Positions 45,744 through 58,472 of a DNA stretch of 64,000 nt are shown piece by piece. Within the stretch, counting starts at the first letter, position 1, and each line of letters starts with the position of its first letter. This DNA comes from Blepharisma stoltei ATCC 30299 (lineage: Eukaryota > Protista > Ciliophora), in the NCBI GenBank assembly GCA_965603825.1, contig CBFDEM010000005.1, positions 62,001-126,000 on the forward strand, written 5' to 3'. The position numbers were made by a program, and so were the translations under genes. The notes under the pieces were generated by a model. It was given only the letters and a program-made list of their open reading frames with translations, made no database searches and had not been told where the DNA came from.

Positions 45744-46925
45744 ATGGGAAATGCTTTAATTATATTGGATGTGACTTGGGGTCTTTTTTTCGTTGCAGCA
45801 ACTGTAATTTATCTGATCCTTGCTATATATATTTATAAGAAACGAAACATTGGTGAGCTATTTGCGAGGTCTCCTGGGATCCTTATTTTTTCGATAGCTT
45901 CAAATTACATTGACACAGTTTCATCAATTACTCTAGGAATTTATGAATTTTTAGGAGAGTCTGACTATGAAATAAACTCAATTCCTGCTTATATTATATA
46001 TAATATTTCTCATCAAGCTTTATTTGCTTCAAATATTCTGCGGATCTATCGATTAAATTTACTAGAAAAAATTAGAACAGGCGCTATTGTAACCCATACT
46101 AAATACTTAAACAGAAAAGCTAGGCTTACAAGTTGATGAAATATTAAAATGTCTACTCTTTATATAATCCCCGTTTCTAGTATTTTTATAGTTTTAAAAG
46201 TTCTTGAGCTTTCTTATAGCATGCAAAATACATTGACTCACAGCCTAAAATCGGAGATTGAGCTTGCTTATTACATTTTCTGATTTTTTACAGCAATAAC
46301 TGAACAGGTTTTATGTTTTATTTTTATTTATAAAATTCGTAATGTCCAGACAAGTTTTTATATCAAACTTGAGTTGTGTTTGTTTTCATTAATATGGTCA
46401 ATTGGGATCATTTCTCCATTATGTGATACCTATCCTTTTCATTTGTATACTGTTCCTATCCGCAATTTGATAATGATTTTGGTCACAATTTCGAGCCTAT
46501 TGCATCAGACTATAATAAATCGGGTGGTTCCTTTGCCTGAATTAATGGACTCAAGGCTTATTATAGAAAATGAGTCTGTGCATCGGCATTTTCGAAGATA
46601 CATAAATAGGATTAAATGCGAAAAATGAGTTATTTATTTAGACATACTGGTAAAAATAAGTATCTTTAAGCTAAAACCGACAATTCAAGAAGCAAAAATA
46701 ATTTCTAGGATGCTAATCACAAACCAAATGCTTTTTTCCGAAAACTTGTCAAAAGATATAATGGATGGGCTATCAGATACGACTGAGGTTGAGGAGTCTA
46801 TATTTGATGAAATCCAAATTTTTATTATAGACCAATTTGATACATACATTTACCCAAAATTCAAAAATTCAAGCTGCTATTCAAGCCTAGCCAGAGAAGC
46901 TGACGAGCTGCTAGAAATTCTTTAA
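45744..46925 (+). CDS. 7TM-RGS protein (seven hydrophobic segments + RGS-like domain), 393 aa
   Basis: Three ORFs joined by TGAs. ARSP, LRIYRL and FYIKLEL motifs; RGS-like FRRY...IFDEIQ..I...IYPKFKNS..Y. Confidence 0.78.
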
Positions 46926-46954
46926 TTTTTTATAATTAAAAATCAATGTAAAAT

Positions 46955-48328
46955 ATGGGACAAATTCTTATTGGCTTGAAGCTTTCTTGTGATATTAACA
47001 TCTTAAAACCAGTCGTACAACCCGCATTGATGCTAACTAAATGTAATTTCTATATAGGGACAAAGGACGAAATCATGAAAATTCTGAAGCGTTTTTGAAA
47101 ACTTCCTTTTAATCGTGGGTTTTTCTTATCAAAAGGAAGTGTCAAAGTGCTAGCATTAAATACTCCAATGGAAGGCTTGGAGTGCCAGATTTTTAAATGC
47201 TTTGCAAGAGGAAGCCCACCGAAACTAAACGCATTAGAGCTTATGAGCGGCATTCTTATATATGGCTCTATAAGTATAGAGCAAAAAGCAAAACTTACGA
47301 TCAGGCTTTTTGATTTTGATGGAAATGGATCGATAACTATTGATGAATGCGCAATGATGTGCACTGCATTTCTAAACGCAATCGGGTGCATGACTTCAGC
47401 TCGGATGCCTCCTGTAACAGAAATATATGACATAACTGAAGCAATTTTCGATACAATAGACCAAGACAGTTCTCATGAAATCAGCTATACCGAGCTCGTC
47501 GCAATGATCCAAAGCATAAGGGATTTATTTTTTCTGCTTAGAGCTCCTGAAATAAAATCATCGTCTTATCAATTTCAATTACCCCCAGTTGTGTCATTAA
47601 AATCTAGAATGGTCCGAAGCTCGACTCCTAATAAAAGAATCAGCATAAAACACAATGATCTTCATTTAAAATTAAACACGACTAATAAAAGCCCAAGAAT
47701 TAAAGTAAAATCTTTCACTGATAGAGAGCTGAATGGAAGCAAAGAAAGGTTTATGTTTGTCAATGGGAATTATATTACAAAGCTATGAGTGACAGAAATT
47801 AAAAAAGAATTCATAAGGGTCGAAAACAAAAAAACGAACCTGGTTAACGTTGAAATTTTTGCGCAGCAGCTGAAGCATAACGATTTAACGAAATTTTCGG
47901 CAGAAAAATTGAGCAGTTTTACGAATGAAATTGCGAATTTCCAAGAAGTTCTGGAAATATTATGTGAGGGAGCAACGAGAGACCAAATCCATAGGATGCT
48001 GAGTTGGGCAGACGAAATTGAGCCTGTAAAAAATGGTGAAATCGTCAGAAGGGACTCCAGAAGAAGACTAACAATCCATTCTGTTAAAAATCTAAAGCAG
48101 CTTTTTGATTTTTATGATAAGAAAAAGCTTGGAGAACTTGGTTTAAGAGAAATAAAAGACGCATTCAAGCATATTTTAAATGAAGAACTCATAGAAAGCA
48201 TTTTTAAAGCACATGACGAAAACGATAATAAGACGATGGATTTCGAAGAATTCGTTAAAATGATGATCCCTACTGATACATTGATTTCGGAAGATATTTA
48301 TTATAGAATACAAGCTAATTTAGCATAA
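46955..48328 (+). CDS. EF-hand calcium-binding protein, MG N-terminus (452 aa, 1 intron)
   Basis: Intron 47043-47057 and TGA=Trp. EF loops DFDGNGSITIDE, DQDSSHEISYTE, DKKKLGELGLRE, DENDNKTMDFEE. Confidence 0.85.
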
Positions 48329-48688
48329 AATTAACTTGGGGAAATATAGATATTTTTTAAATTTTTTACTAATAGTAAATGTTAAAGTCTGAAAAGTTAA
48401 TTACTTAAAGAATATTTGATTGAATAAAAGCCATTTTTCATAATGGTGTCTAAGCCTTTAAATAGGAATAATTAACAAACTCTGTATAATCATACATAGG
48501 AGTTTTAATTTGAAGTTAAGTAAGCCAGTTGAGATTTATTTATTAACAAAAAAATATGATTAGCTTATGATATTTCGTTAAACTTTGAATCAGCACTTTG
48601 TGGAGAAGAAATAAGTTCGCAAAATTATAAAGAAAACACAATAGTTTATAATTACTTTATAGTATATCTTGATATATATTTACATACT

Positions 48689-48883
48689 CTACTCAACCTC
48701 TATATTGCTGTGATCATGATTTTCATTAACCTTTATAACATAAGCAACACCTTGGACGATGAATTTCAGCTCAGGATTGACTATTACCATATTTTGCGAC
48801 TGCTGAAGTACTGTAGCTCGTCTTACAGGAGTAGTATCGCCTTCACTGAGAAATTTTTCCTTTTTCGAAATTGCACAGCCCAT
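48689..48883 (-). CDS. MGC-acylated microprotein C (64 aa)
   Basis: MGCAIS N-terminus; KFIVQGVAYVIKV motif. Confidence 0.75.
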   Translation of the reverse strand: MGCAISKKEKFLSEGDTTPVRRATVLQQSQNMVIVNPELKFIVQGVAYVIKVNENHDHSNIEVE

Positions 48884-49346
48884 ATATCTTATTGATTATA
48901 ATTACTCTTGTGTGGATAAATGGACATTTTTCTTTCTAAAGCAACTTAAGCAGCTTATTTCTGTAACTGTTTTAATGTATTTTTAAATATCCTCTCTTAT
49001 AAAAAGAAGTAAAAAAGTCTTTATAAATTTATTATACGGTCGCGATACTATAAATAATATATTTTTTATTTCTATTTGCACAAATAAATTCCATTCTTAA
49101 CCTCAAATAATTTTCTACTTCTCTTTATATTAAAAAATTACTTAGAGCAGCCACACAATTAGCAATAAAAAAACTCTGAAAAACTAAAAATTTCGGTCCC
49201 TTTTATCAGAAAAAATCCCAAACAACCAAATTTGAGTAAAAATAACGTTGCGAATATGTTTTGCCTTATAAATTATTGACAATAAAAATAATTCTTTCAT
49301 TTCTTTATTATCCTCATAAAACTGATAAATCACTACTTTAACTGTA

Positions 49347-51086
49347 ATGGCCGAACAAATCCGCCCCACCTCATCAAAAATCAGGCGTATAGAGCGTGAC
49401 AGTAAGCCTCGTCCAAGCAAAGAGCTAGCATTTTTATTCCAAAAGCGTAAAAGTAAATCTCGCATTACAAGTCCACTTGGCTCAAACAAGCAAACTCCAG
49501 ACTCAAGCCGATCTCCATTATTTAGAGTAAATAAAGAGCCTTCTTCACATCCGCCCCCTCGGCAGGATTCTCCTAACTATTCCAGTCTCCTTTCAAAATA
49601 CCTTGAAAATGCATTAAAAGAAGCATCATCTCGTAAGAATTCCCCACAAGTTGCAGAACGTAAAGACTCTGAGCGAAAAGATGCAAATTCCCCTATATCC
49701 TCACGAGTAGAAGCAAAGCCAAGCCACAAGCGTGTGAAGTCTGAAATAGCGAAAATTGAGATTGCGGCTGTTTCTCCACATGTCCCGAAACGTGATATGA
49801 TAACTCCTAGTAGCATAATTCAAGAGCAGCCGTCGTCAAGAAAACTTTCCCTTGATCAAATTTCTAAGGACTTATTAGATGACTCACAAGAAGAAACTAT
49901 GAAAAGGACACATAAAAGGAATAACAGTGAGGCAAACTCTGCTATAGTAAATATCCCATCCACAAATAGAAGCTTAGGAAACAGCTTTGAGAAGCAAGAA
50001 GCGTCTAAAAAAGAAGCAGAAGAGAAGGAGAGAGAAATGCTGATCCAGAACATTATTTTGAATTTTAGAAAAAAGGGACTCCCACCACCGACTAGTGTGG
50101 ATTTTTATAGGTTTGGAAAACAGCTGGGGAAAGGAGCGTTTGGGAAGGTGTATTTAGGGCTGCATAGGCTGACGGGGCTGAAAGTGGCTATAAAGACGAT
50201 TGATAAGTCGTTTATAAAAGATGAAAGGACAAGGAGGAAAGTCTTCCAAGAAGTTTTTGTAATGAAAAGAGTGCACCATCAAAATGTAATTAGACTAATG
50301 GAAGTGTTTGAATCAACAAGACATTTAATGATTGTATTAGAATACTCAGGTGGAGGAGACTTGCTGCAATTAGTCAAAAATAGAGGCAGACTTCCAGAAA
50401 GCGAGGCAAAAGCTATTTTCGGACAAGTTGTAGACGGGGTTGAAGCCTGCCATAACAAAAACGTTATTCACAGAGATATTAAGCTTGATAATATTCTACT
50501 AACCACAGATTTCAACTGTATCAAAATCTGTGACTTTGGAGTCAGCCGAGTCGTCAAACCTGGTGAAAAAATAAACGAGCAATGCGGCACACCTGCTTAT
50601 CTCGCTCCCGAAATAATCGCAGACAGAGGCTATGAGCCCTTTTACGTCGACATCTGAAGTATGGGTGTCTTGCTCTACGCCATGGTCTGCGGAACAGTCC
50701 CATTTAAAGCCAAAACCCTGCCTGATTTACACAAATTAATCCTTAGGTGTAAATATCATATGCCCTCAAATTTATCCCAAGAAATCCAAGACCTCATAAG
50801 AAGGATGCTAAATCCTATTCCCCACCAAAGAATCCAGCTCAGTGAAATAAAGCAGCACCCTTGGTTTTCAGCGCCTGACTATGAAAGCTGCTTTGAAGAC
50901 TCAGCATCACCTAGGTTTACTGGATCATTTGCAGCGAACCCATTACAGAAAACAAATAAAAAGACTATCCTGACCAAGCTGTTTCAGCTGGGATTTCCTA
51001 CAGATTTTGTAGAACAAAGCATGAAGTATGGAGACATCAATCATGCGACAGCCACCTATCAGCTTTTAGAGTTAAATCAATTGTAG
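49347..51086 (+). CDS. CAMK-group (AMPK/MARK-like) Ser/Thr kinase with UBA-like tail (579 aa)
   Basis: GKGAFG, HRDIKLDN, DFG, CGTPAYLAPE, and DI-W(TGA)-SMGV at the invariant Trp of subdomain IX. Confidence 0.93.
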
Positions 51087-51142
51087 GAATTTGTATAGAA
51101 TAATTAAACAATTTTATTATTAAAAAATGATATTATAAATAG

Positions 51143-52720
51143 TTACATTATAGTGATATTTACTAAATTACTTTTTGTGGTGCCTGTATGGTCATGAATG
51201 AACCGATATGGGAACACAGTTGATGAATTAAAGACAATAAATCTGTTTTTCAAAAAAGAACTAGGGATTTCTTTGCCGTTTATAGAGTAATTTCTGAGGG
51301 CACGCTCGCTGCTGCAGGATGTACTGTCTTTAATAATGCAGTCTTCTTTCATATCAGTCGGGCATCTGCATCTCTGTTTATTCTGTGGGCTTGAGCAAGG
51401 ACTTTCATAATTTTCTAATAAATTGCTCATGCTTTTGCTTCTCAGTTGAATATAGTCCATCACTTTTTCTTTATTTACTTCAAATTTCTCTCGTGCAAGG
51501 GAAAATTGATAAAAACTTGTTTCTGTGACCTGGAATCTTTGCTGAGGGTTCATTTTTAGCTGCATAAACCCGTCAAATCAGGAGCATTCGTTATCTTCTC
51601 CTCGGTTAGAATATGATGAGAGCAAGTCTAAAGAATTTACAATTTCCATAAAAGAACAGCCTGAGAAGCTATGGCTTGCTCTAGGATTAGGGACTAAAAA
51701 TGTTATTGGTAGAGGCACTGATGAATTTTTATGATTTGGCACCGCTTTAGGCAGAAAATCATACAGGTGGTTGGAATATTTTCTAAATAATAAGTCTTTT
51801 CCTGTTGTATTTTCAATTTCTTCATAATCCAAGCTTAAGCTTGACACAATTAATATTTTTTCTAAAGTTTCGTGCTGTAAGCCAAAATCAAGCGCAATTT
51901 GTGAGTAGTCTTGGATAGACTCTGAGTATTTTAAATGTCGACGCTGGACTTTTTGGGCTTGTTTAGGGTTTGGGTCTTTTTCAAAATCCTTACTATTTTT
52001 CGTCCTGTAGACGCCATCAAAATGAATATTTTTGCTATTGAAAAAATCAATTAGTTTGGAGGTACGGACTCTTGAGGATTGAATGAATAAAACGACTTGG
52101 AAATCTTCAAGCAACTTTTTAACGCCTTTTACAGCTTCTCTTCTCAGGTATAGCTTTAGTGGCCCTTTTTCCCAGATATTTTGTTTAAAAACGTCACCGA
52201 AAACCCCTTCGAAGCCTAAGATTACGAGGCATTTTTGGGCCATGTCGAGGCGTCGTTTGAATTGAACCCTCTTCGTCATTTTATAAAAAGGCTTTGTAGC
52301 TGGCTTAGCAATAATTTCGTTGTCTGAGCTGGAAGTAGACGGAGGCTCTATGTCCCGTGCCCCGTTTTCAGTGATTTTAATGCTTTTTTGCCTGTTAAGA
52401 CTTTCAATTGACTTTTTCATCCTTGTTAAACATTCAACATTAATGGCATTTCCATAAGTCTTTTTAACACAAGTTTGTAAATCCAGTATTTGGTCCACAA
52501 AGACGTCATACTTATTCTGTCTGTTTAATTCTTTTAAATTGCACTTTGGCTTCCCATTAGAAGTTTTTGACCTTTTTGGTGCTTTATGTAGCCTTGGGAG
52601 CCGAACTCGCTGAAAATTTGTGTTGGCGTTGGATACTGAAAGAGGGAAGCCTTGTTGCTCAGAAATGGGAATTGCAGCGCTCATGGACTCAATGCATGAG
52701 TTACTTTTAAGTGATTTCAT
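51143..52720 (-). CDS. HAD/FCP-like pseudophosphatase paralog 2 (525 aa)
   Basis: Joined via TGA 51578. LVILGFEGVFGD..LYLRR..FQVVLF, PLPITFLVP.PRA, CRCP.D.K..C are shared with 24758-26314. Confidence 0.8.
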
Positions 52721-52856
52721 TTTATTTGGAAGTAAATTAAGAATCGTTATGAAATTCTTTTTTCTGGATTATGATAATTGAAAAATTAGAAAATTTAGAA
52801 AAATTATTAAAATCTAAAGGATGTCTTAGGATATCGAGAAATTAAATAGTCTTAAA

Positions 52857-53699
52857 TTAAAATAAACTGCAGTTATCGCAAAACCGATTGCTTTTGTCTT
52901 TTTTCTTATATGTAGTTTTGAACATTCCGTCATCATAATCATACTCTACATAGAGAGCTTTCAAAAGCTCTTCATAAAACTCTTCAAATTCTTGCTGATT
53001 TTCTTTTAGCTGTTCTTCTACTTTTCTTAAATGGTCTTTTAGCAGTTTTTCTTTGTCCTGTTTTGATAAACGGATAGCAACTTGTAAATCCACGCTAAAT
53101 CCATTGCTTTTTTCAGAAACAGTTTCACTGAGAAGGTCTTTTTCTGCTGCTTTTAGATAGTGAGTGACATTTATTATGTCAATAAACTTGACTTGTTTTA
53201 CTATTGAGCGGTCCTGCCCTACAGTAAGTTTAAGGTCAATTGTCCCTTTAAAATCAAATTTTAAGCTACCTTCGTCGCCTTCTTCTAAAGTAATAGGAGG
53301 GCTCGCAGAGTTAACGTGAACTGTGACAGGGCCAAAATCACTTTGAGATTTCAGTACTTTTAGCGTGACTTGGGTCGATGAATCTTCGACTTTTTGCACT
53401 TTTTCTAATAAATTCAAAATATCGATGTTTTCACGTAAAATTGACGCTCGTTTGATTTGGTTGTTTTCTTTTTCGTCTTTTTTGGAAATAATGAATTTTG
53501 CTGCATTTTTTGAGAAAGTTTTGGTTTTCTTTTTGGAATCAGCTAGGAGCTTGAGAAGATTTTCTGTTACTTGTTGATTTAGAGATGATCGAGTAAACCA
53601 AGGAGAGTCAGGCAAAACGACCCCTGGGTGGATTAAATCGCAGTTTTCAAAAATAATCCTTTTCAGTTCTTCAAGGTCTTCACGCTTGGTCTCCACCAT
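52857..53699 (-). CDS. Hypothetical protein ending in CaaX (CSLF), 280 aa
   Basis: Clean ORF with a beta-rich core and coiled coil; C-terminal FCDNCSLF. Confidence 0.72.
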   Translation of the reverse strand: MVETKREDLEELKRIIFENCDLIHPGVVLPDSPWFTRSSLNQQVTENLLKLLADSKKKTKTFSKNAAKFIISKKDEKENNQIKRASILRENIDILNLLEKVQKVEDSSTQVTLKVLKSQSDFGPVTVHVNSASPPITLEEGDEGSLKFDFKGTIDLKLTVGQDRSIVKQVKFIDIINVTHYLKAAEKDLLSETVSEKSNGFSVDLQVAIRLSKQDKEKLLKDHLRKVEEQLKENQQEFEEFYEELLKALYVEYDYDDGMFKTTYKKKDKSNRFCDNCSLF

Positions 53700-53918
53700 T
53701 ATTATATATATTTACTTATGAAGAACTGCATTTATATAGCTTTAATTTCTATATTGAAAAAATATAATCATTATTCAGGACGCTGGCTATTATATATTTT
53801 TAATTTATATGTAAAATAACGCATTACCATTCTTTACTAAATAAATCTTTATTTCTCAATGATAATTACTTTCCTATTCATTTTTGAGGGATAATAAATT
53901 TCCATAAAAAATTTTAAC

Positions 53919-55484
53919 ATGCTGAAAACTCCTGAAAGAATTTCTGATAGAAATAAAGATTTCAAAAAAGAAATAGATCTTGCCACACACACAAAAAACC
54001 GAGACACTTTTTCTGTGGAGCTTAGAAAATCAAAAAGGCTTGAAAATGTATGAAAACGAAGGGCAAATTTTTTGCCGGAATCACAGATCTCTCCTTTATT
54101 GGTTTCTTTATACCCTGATTTAGCCAATCTTAATTTTGACTCAAAATTACGTTTACAAATTTTATTCCAAATAATAGCAGCCCAAAACTCATATGAAGTT
54201 ATATTAGCAGGATTTAAAGAAATAAGGAAATGCTTATCTATTGAGGACACTTCAGAGCTTTCTAGTATGGTAAATTCCAACTATATTCAATACTTAATCC
54301 AATATATTGACCCGAAAATTTTCCCTGAAATCCAATCTGAAGCTATGTGGTGCTTGGCAAACATTTCTTCTGGAGCTCATGAGCTTTGTGAGGAACTAAT
54401 GAATTTAGGAATAATTAATGCTTGCAAGTCGGTAATAAATCTTGAAAGGCAAGATATAGCTGAAAACGCTGTGTGGTGCTTAGCAAACCTTGCCGGAGAC
54501 TGCAAAGAAATTAGAGAGAAACTAATAGAGAATGAGATTGTACAATTTTTAGTGAATTTGATGGAATCTGACTTTGAGATCTCAATTTCTCTAGCAGAAA
54601 CTACAGCTTGGGCCCTGAACAACATTTTTAAAGGCGATAATCTGAAAATTAAAATGACAAATGATGCTTTACCAATTGTAAAAAAAATGCTAAAATATGG
54701 AAATGATAACACAAAGCTGCACTGCCTATATATAGCCCTTTATATTTCCGCCCAAAATGAGTTTCATGTCCAAACCTTAATTAATTCAAATATTTTAAAA
54801 AGAATTCTCCCATTTTTTCAGTCAAATATACAGAAAGAGCAGCTTATCGTTACAAAAATCATAGGAAATATAATTTTTGGGGATGACACACATACTCAAA
54901 CTCTGATAAATTTAGGAATTCTTGATTATTTTCAGAATTTAATGTTGTCAACATCTCCAGAAATTAGGAAAGAAGTGCTATGGGCTCTAAGCAATATTAC
55001 TGCAGGGACGAAGCTTCAGATTGCTTTAGCAGTTGAGCATCCAGTTATTTTGCTTGCAATGCAAGCTTTATATGATGCATCTGCGCCAGTTAAGTTAGAA
55101 GCTTCAATTGTGTTCAATAATATTATTCATGCTGGTGCTAAGCCGACTATATTAGGATTAGTCCATAAAAATATTTTACCTCATTTAAGAGATGGGCTTT
55201 GCAATGTAAAAAATCAAATTATATTAAAAAATCTGGTAGAATTTTGTGATGGGCTGCTAAATGTCGGAAAAAGTTTTCTTACTGATGAAGGAATAAATCC
55301 AATAGTCAAACCTTTTGATGAGTCTGGCTGCCTAACAGCTTTAGAAAAATCGCAAGTTATTGCAGGTCAGCAAACATATTCTATAATTGAACGCATTCTT
55401 GGTAATTATTTTGGCTTTGAAGAGGGCGAATATGATGAAAACGAGGATATGCAAAAAATCCCTGAAGATGGATTTATAATTTAA
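53919..55484 (+). CDS. Importin alpha (521 aa)
   Basis: IBB motif SVELRKSKRLENV-W(TGA)-KRR; ARM repeats EAMWCLANI, AVWCLANLAGD, KEVLWALSNITAG. Confidence 0.92.
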
Positions 55485-55506
55485 TTTGATGTATTAAAAG
55501 CCATTT

Positions 55507-55806
55507 TTATTTATTCATGATATTGTCTTTTAAACTTTCATCTGTCGAAAGCTCACGACCAAGTGTTCTTGGTGTTGAATCTGCCTTTAAAAAGGCTGGG
55601 ATGTTCTCTTTAGATGCATTTAAGGCTGGTTTTTCTGATTGGGAAGATTTAGTTTGGCCTTGCCCTTGAAAATCTGATGTTTTGGATATAGGAATATTTT
55701 TCTTTGAGTTCCAGTAGCTGCTCGGACGATAAAATTGATAGCCAATTAATAATGCTGCGAGTCCACCAATCGCCCAGAAATTATTATATCCTTTAGTTAG
55801 ACCCAT
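55507..55806 (-). CDS. Small single-TM protein (99 aa)
   Basis: ATG-TAA ORF with hydrophobic FWAIGGLAALLIGY. Confidence 0.65.
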   Translation of the reverse strand: MGLTKGYNNFWAIGGLAALLIGYQFYRPSSYWNSKKNIPISKTSDFQGQGQTKSSQSEKPALNASKENIPAFLKADSTPRTLGRELSTDESLKDNIMNK

Positions 55807-56261
55807 TTTTATTGATAAGTAAAATTTCTTGGCTTATATGAAATTAAGATTTATTCCAAAAAAACAGAAATCTTAGCTATAAGAATTTTATTGATGATCT
55901 GAGCCCTTTTTTTGATGAATAAATCAATTTTACTTGTAATCTATTTGTCTTTAATCTATTAAGTTACTATAAAATAATCTAAAAATTATACATAATTCAT
56001 AAAATAGCTCTTTATTCTTCCACAAAATTATTAAATTATTTATTCATTTTTATTCGCTATTTTCAGCCCTTCCCAAATTAATAGAAAAAGAGCATCAACA
56101 AATTGATAAAATAAAAACTCTTTGAATAACCCTAATAACTATTTATTCAGAAACCACATAAAAATACTGCGAAATTCAAAAGCTCCTGATAGCAGCAGAA
56201 TTATGCTTCGAAAAGACTTTTTCTTGTGATGATGGGCAAGGTAAAATAATGTTCATAAATT

Positions 56262-56807
56262 ATGGAAAAAGTGATATTAAGCCAAGTTGACGGTAGAGAT
56301 ATTGAAGACGTCGATGAGCTGATTTTAGATGCATGGCACGGCTCAGAAATTTCTTCTGAAGAGAAAAAACTGATTGAGGAATACTCCAACCTTGATTTTT
56401 TGAGTTTCACAGGCTGTGGTTTGGATTCTCTGGCCAATTTTCCTTATCTCCCAAGTCTCCTTAAGCTTGAACTTGCAGAGAATAATATCAAGAACGGCTT
56501 AGAAAACCTAACACAATTAACCGAATTGATCCAACTTTCCTTAGCAGGCAATCAAATTTTAAGCTTTGAAGATTTAAAGCCTCTTGCCAAGCTTCCTAAA
56601 CTTCTTTGTTTAGAACTCTTTGGCTGCCCCATTGCAGAGGTTGAAGATTACAGTAAAAGCATCTTTGAATTGATGCCAGGTCTCCAAGTTTTAGATGGCT
56701 GCGATATAAATGGCAATGAAGTCTCCTTGTGCAGCAATGAAGACGAAGATGAAGATATCGACGAGGACGAGCTTGCACAAATTTTAAATAATGAAAGCAG
56801 CGAACTT

Positions 56808-56839
<32 letters not shown>

Positions 56840-56951
56840 AGTAGAAAGTGAAGAAGAAAGCGAAGAAGAAGAGGAAGAGCTGCCGAAAAAAAGGCCTGGG
56901 AATAAAAACCATAGCGATGAAGATGTCAGGAATAATAAAAAACACAAGTAA
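56262..56951 (+). CDS. ANP32: ANP32-family acidic leucine-rich nuclear phosphoprotein
   Basis: LRRs (L.NFP.LP.L.KLEL.EN, LSLAGNQI..EDLKPL), LRR cap DY...IFELMP.LQVLDG, acidic tail with basic end. Confidence 0.9.
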
Positions 56952-56966
56952 AAAATATTTATAAAA

Positions 56967-58472
56967 TTACTTATCCCTGGATTTTTCTATACTTCTTAGT
57001 TTTTCCTTTTCGAAATCCATATCGAACTTGTCGTAAGTTTTTGGCTTATCTTGATTTTTGAACGCAAAATAGATAGCAGCTAGGCCAGTCCATATAACGA
57101 GCATATACTCAAAAACGTTATTGTCATAAAAATATTTGAAAAATTCAAGGTACCTTACCTGGATTCCAAACATATTGCCTATATCAGTGAGTCTTGTGTA
57201 CATAGAAAATGCGTTTGTGGCAAATAGGGTTACTGCTACTGAACAAATTAGTACCAGGGACACATTGAAGAACATTGCATTCATTGGGGTTTTGTCTTTT
57301 TTAATTGGGTATGCTCTGAAAAAGTATGGAATTCGTAATCCAAACTTCACATTTCCTTTTATGCAAGCCAAAAGTAAATACATTGAGAATAAGCAGTAAA
57401 TTGTAGTTCCTAAAAATGATACCCCAGGGGAGCTTAGTTTTATAAGGACCTCATTCAAAAAAGGTGTAGATGCTGCACCATTATTTTTTGCTAAAATATA
57501 AATTATGATCTGTAAAATCCACAAAATTGAGACAAATAGTGAGAGAACGCCCATACATAAGAAAAATGGGTATCATAAAGGACTTTGCTTGGCGATTCCT
57601 TTTTCTACTAAATAAATCTCATAGTCTTGTTCTAGCAGCAGCGTTTCTTTTTGCAGCTGATTTGTGTCTCTTCTTACTATTTCTTTCAATTTTCTTCTTG
57701 CAAGCCATGAGGTTTCAGCTGAAACCTGGGATTTCGCAATTTTTACTTGTCCACCCATTTCTAATAGATTTTTGGTTCTTGCCCTTAAGGACCTTTCTTT
57801 TGCAATAAGTTCAGTAGGAGACAGTCTTTGAGGTCTGAATCTAAATTTATTTATAAAGTCAAGAGGGATCGCAGCTAGCCCAATACCTCCGAACAGTACT
57901 AAAAACCACCAGCCAAACCAAGACATAAACGCCATTACATATATAGGAAACGACACGTTAAATTCCAAATTGGTATTCCCTTGATCACATTTTTGATTAA
58001 TATTATCTGCTTCTGTTCATAGACAAGTATAAGTTACAACTGGTATTTCTGTATAAGAAAGATAAAAATACATGAGTAGCAGCACAAGAAGTTCAATTAT
58101 TCATAGGAAAACTACAGTTTTTAATGTGTCACAAATTCTTTCACACATTTGTTTTTCATCATCTGTCTCAGAAAAGAACATTGCAAAAGGAAGAATTGCT
58201 AATAGGAATGCAAAGATTGCCATATAGATTATTTCCCACATAATGTCAATACGTAAGTCTCCGCCATCTCCTGAGCTATTTGAGACGTCTAGTGGTAATG
58301 CCAAAACTTGGGCTCATGCTAGCATTAAGCCTGATAATAAAATAAGCTTAGAGATCATGGAATCAGCAAACCCTTTTTCTGATGGGTCTAGATAGTAGAT
58401 CATAAAGTAGAAATTGCAAGCTAAAAGGATGATTGCGATGATGATAGTGAGAACTATTAAAAAGACGTCCAT
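56967..58472 (-). CDS. LMBR1-like multi-pass membrane protein (501 aa)
   Basis: Same-frame ORFs joined by TGAs from ATG 58472; LPLDVSN, PFAMFFSE.D, GGIGLAAIPLD, TPMNAMFFN. Confidence 0.88.
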
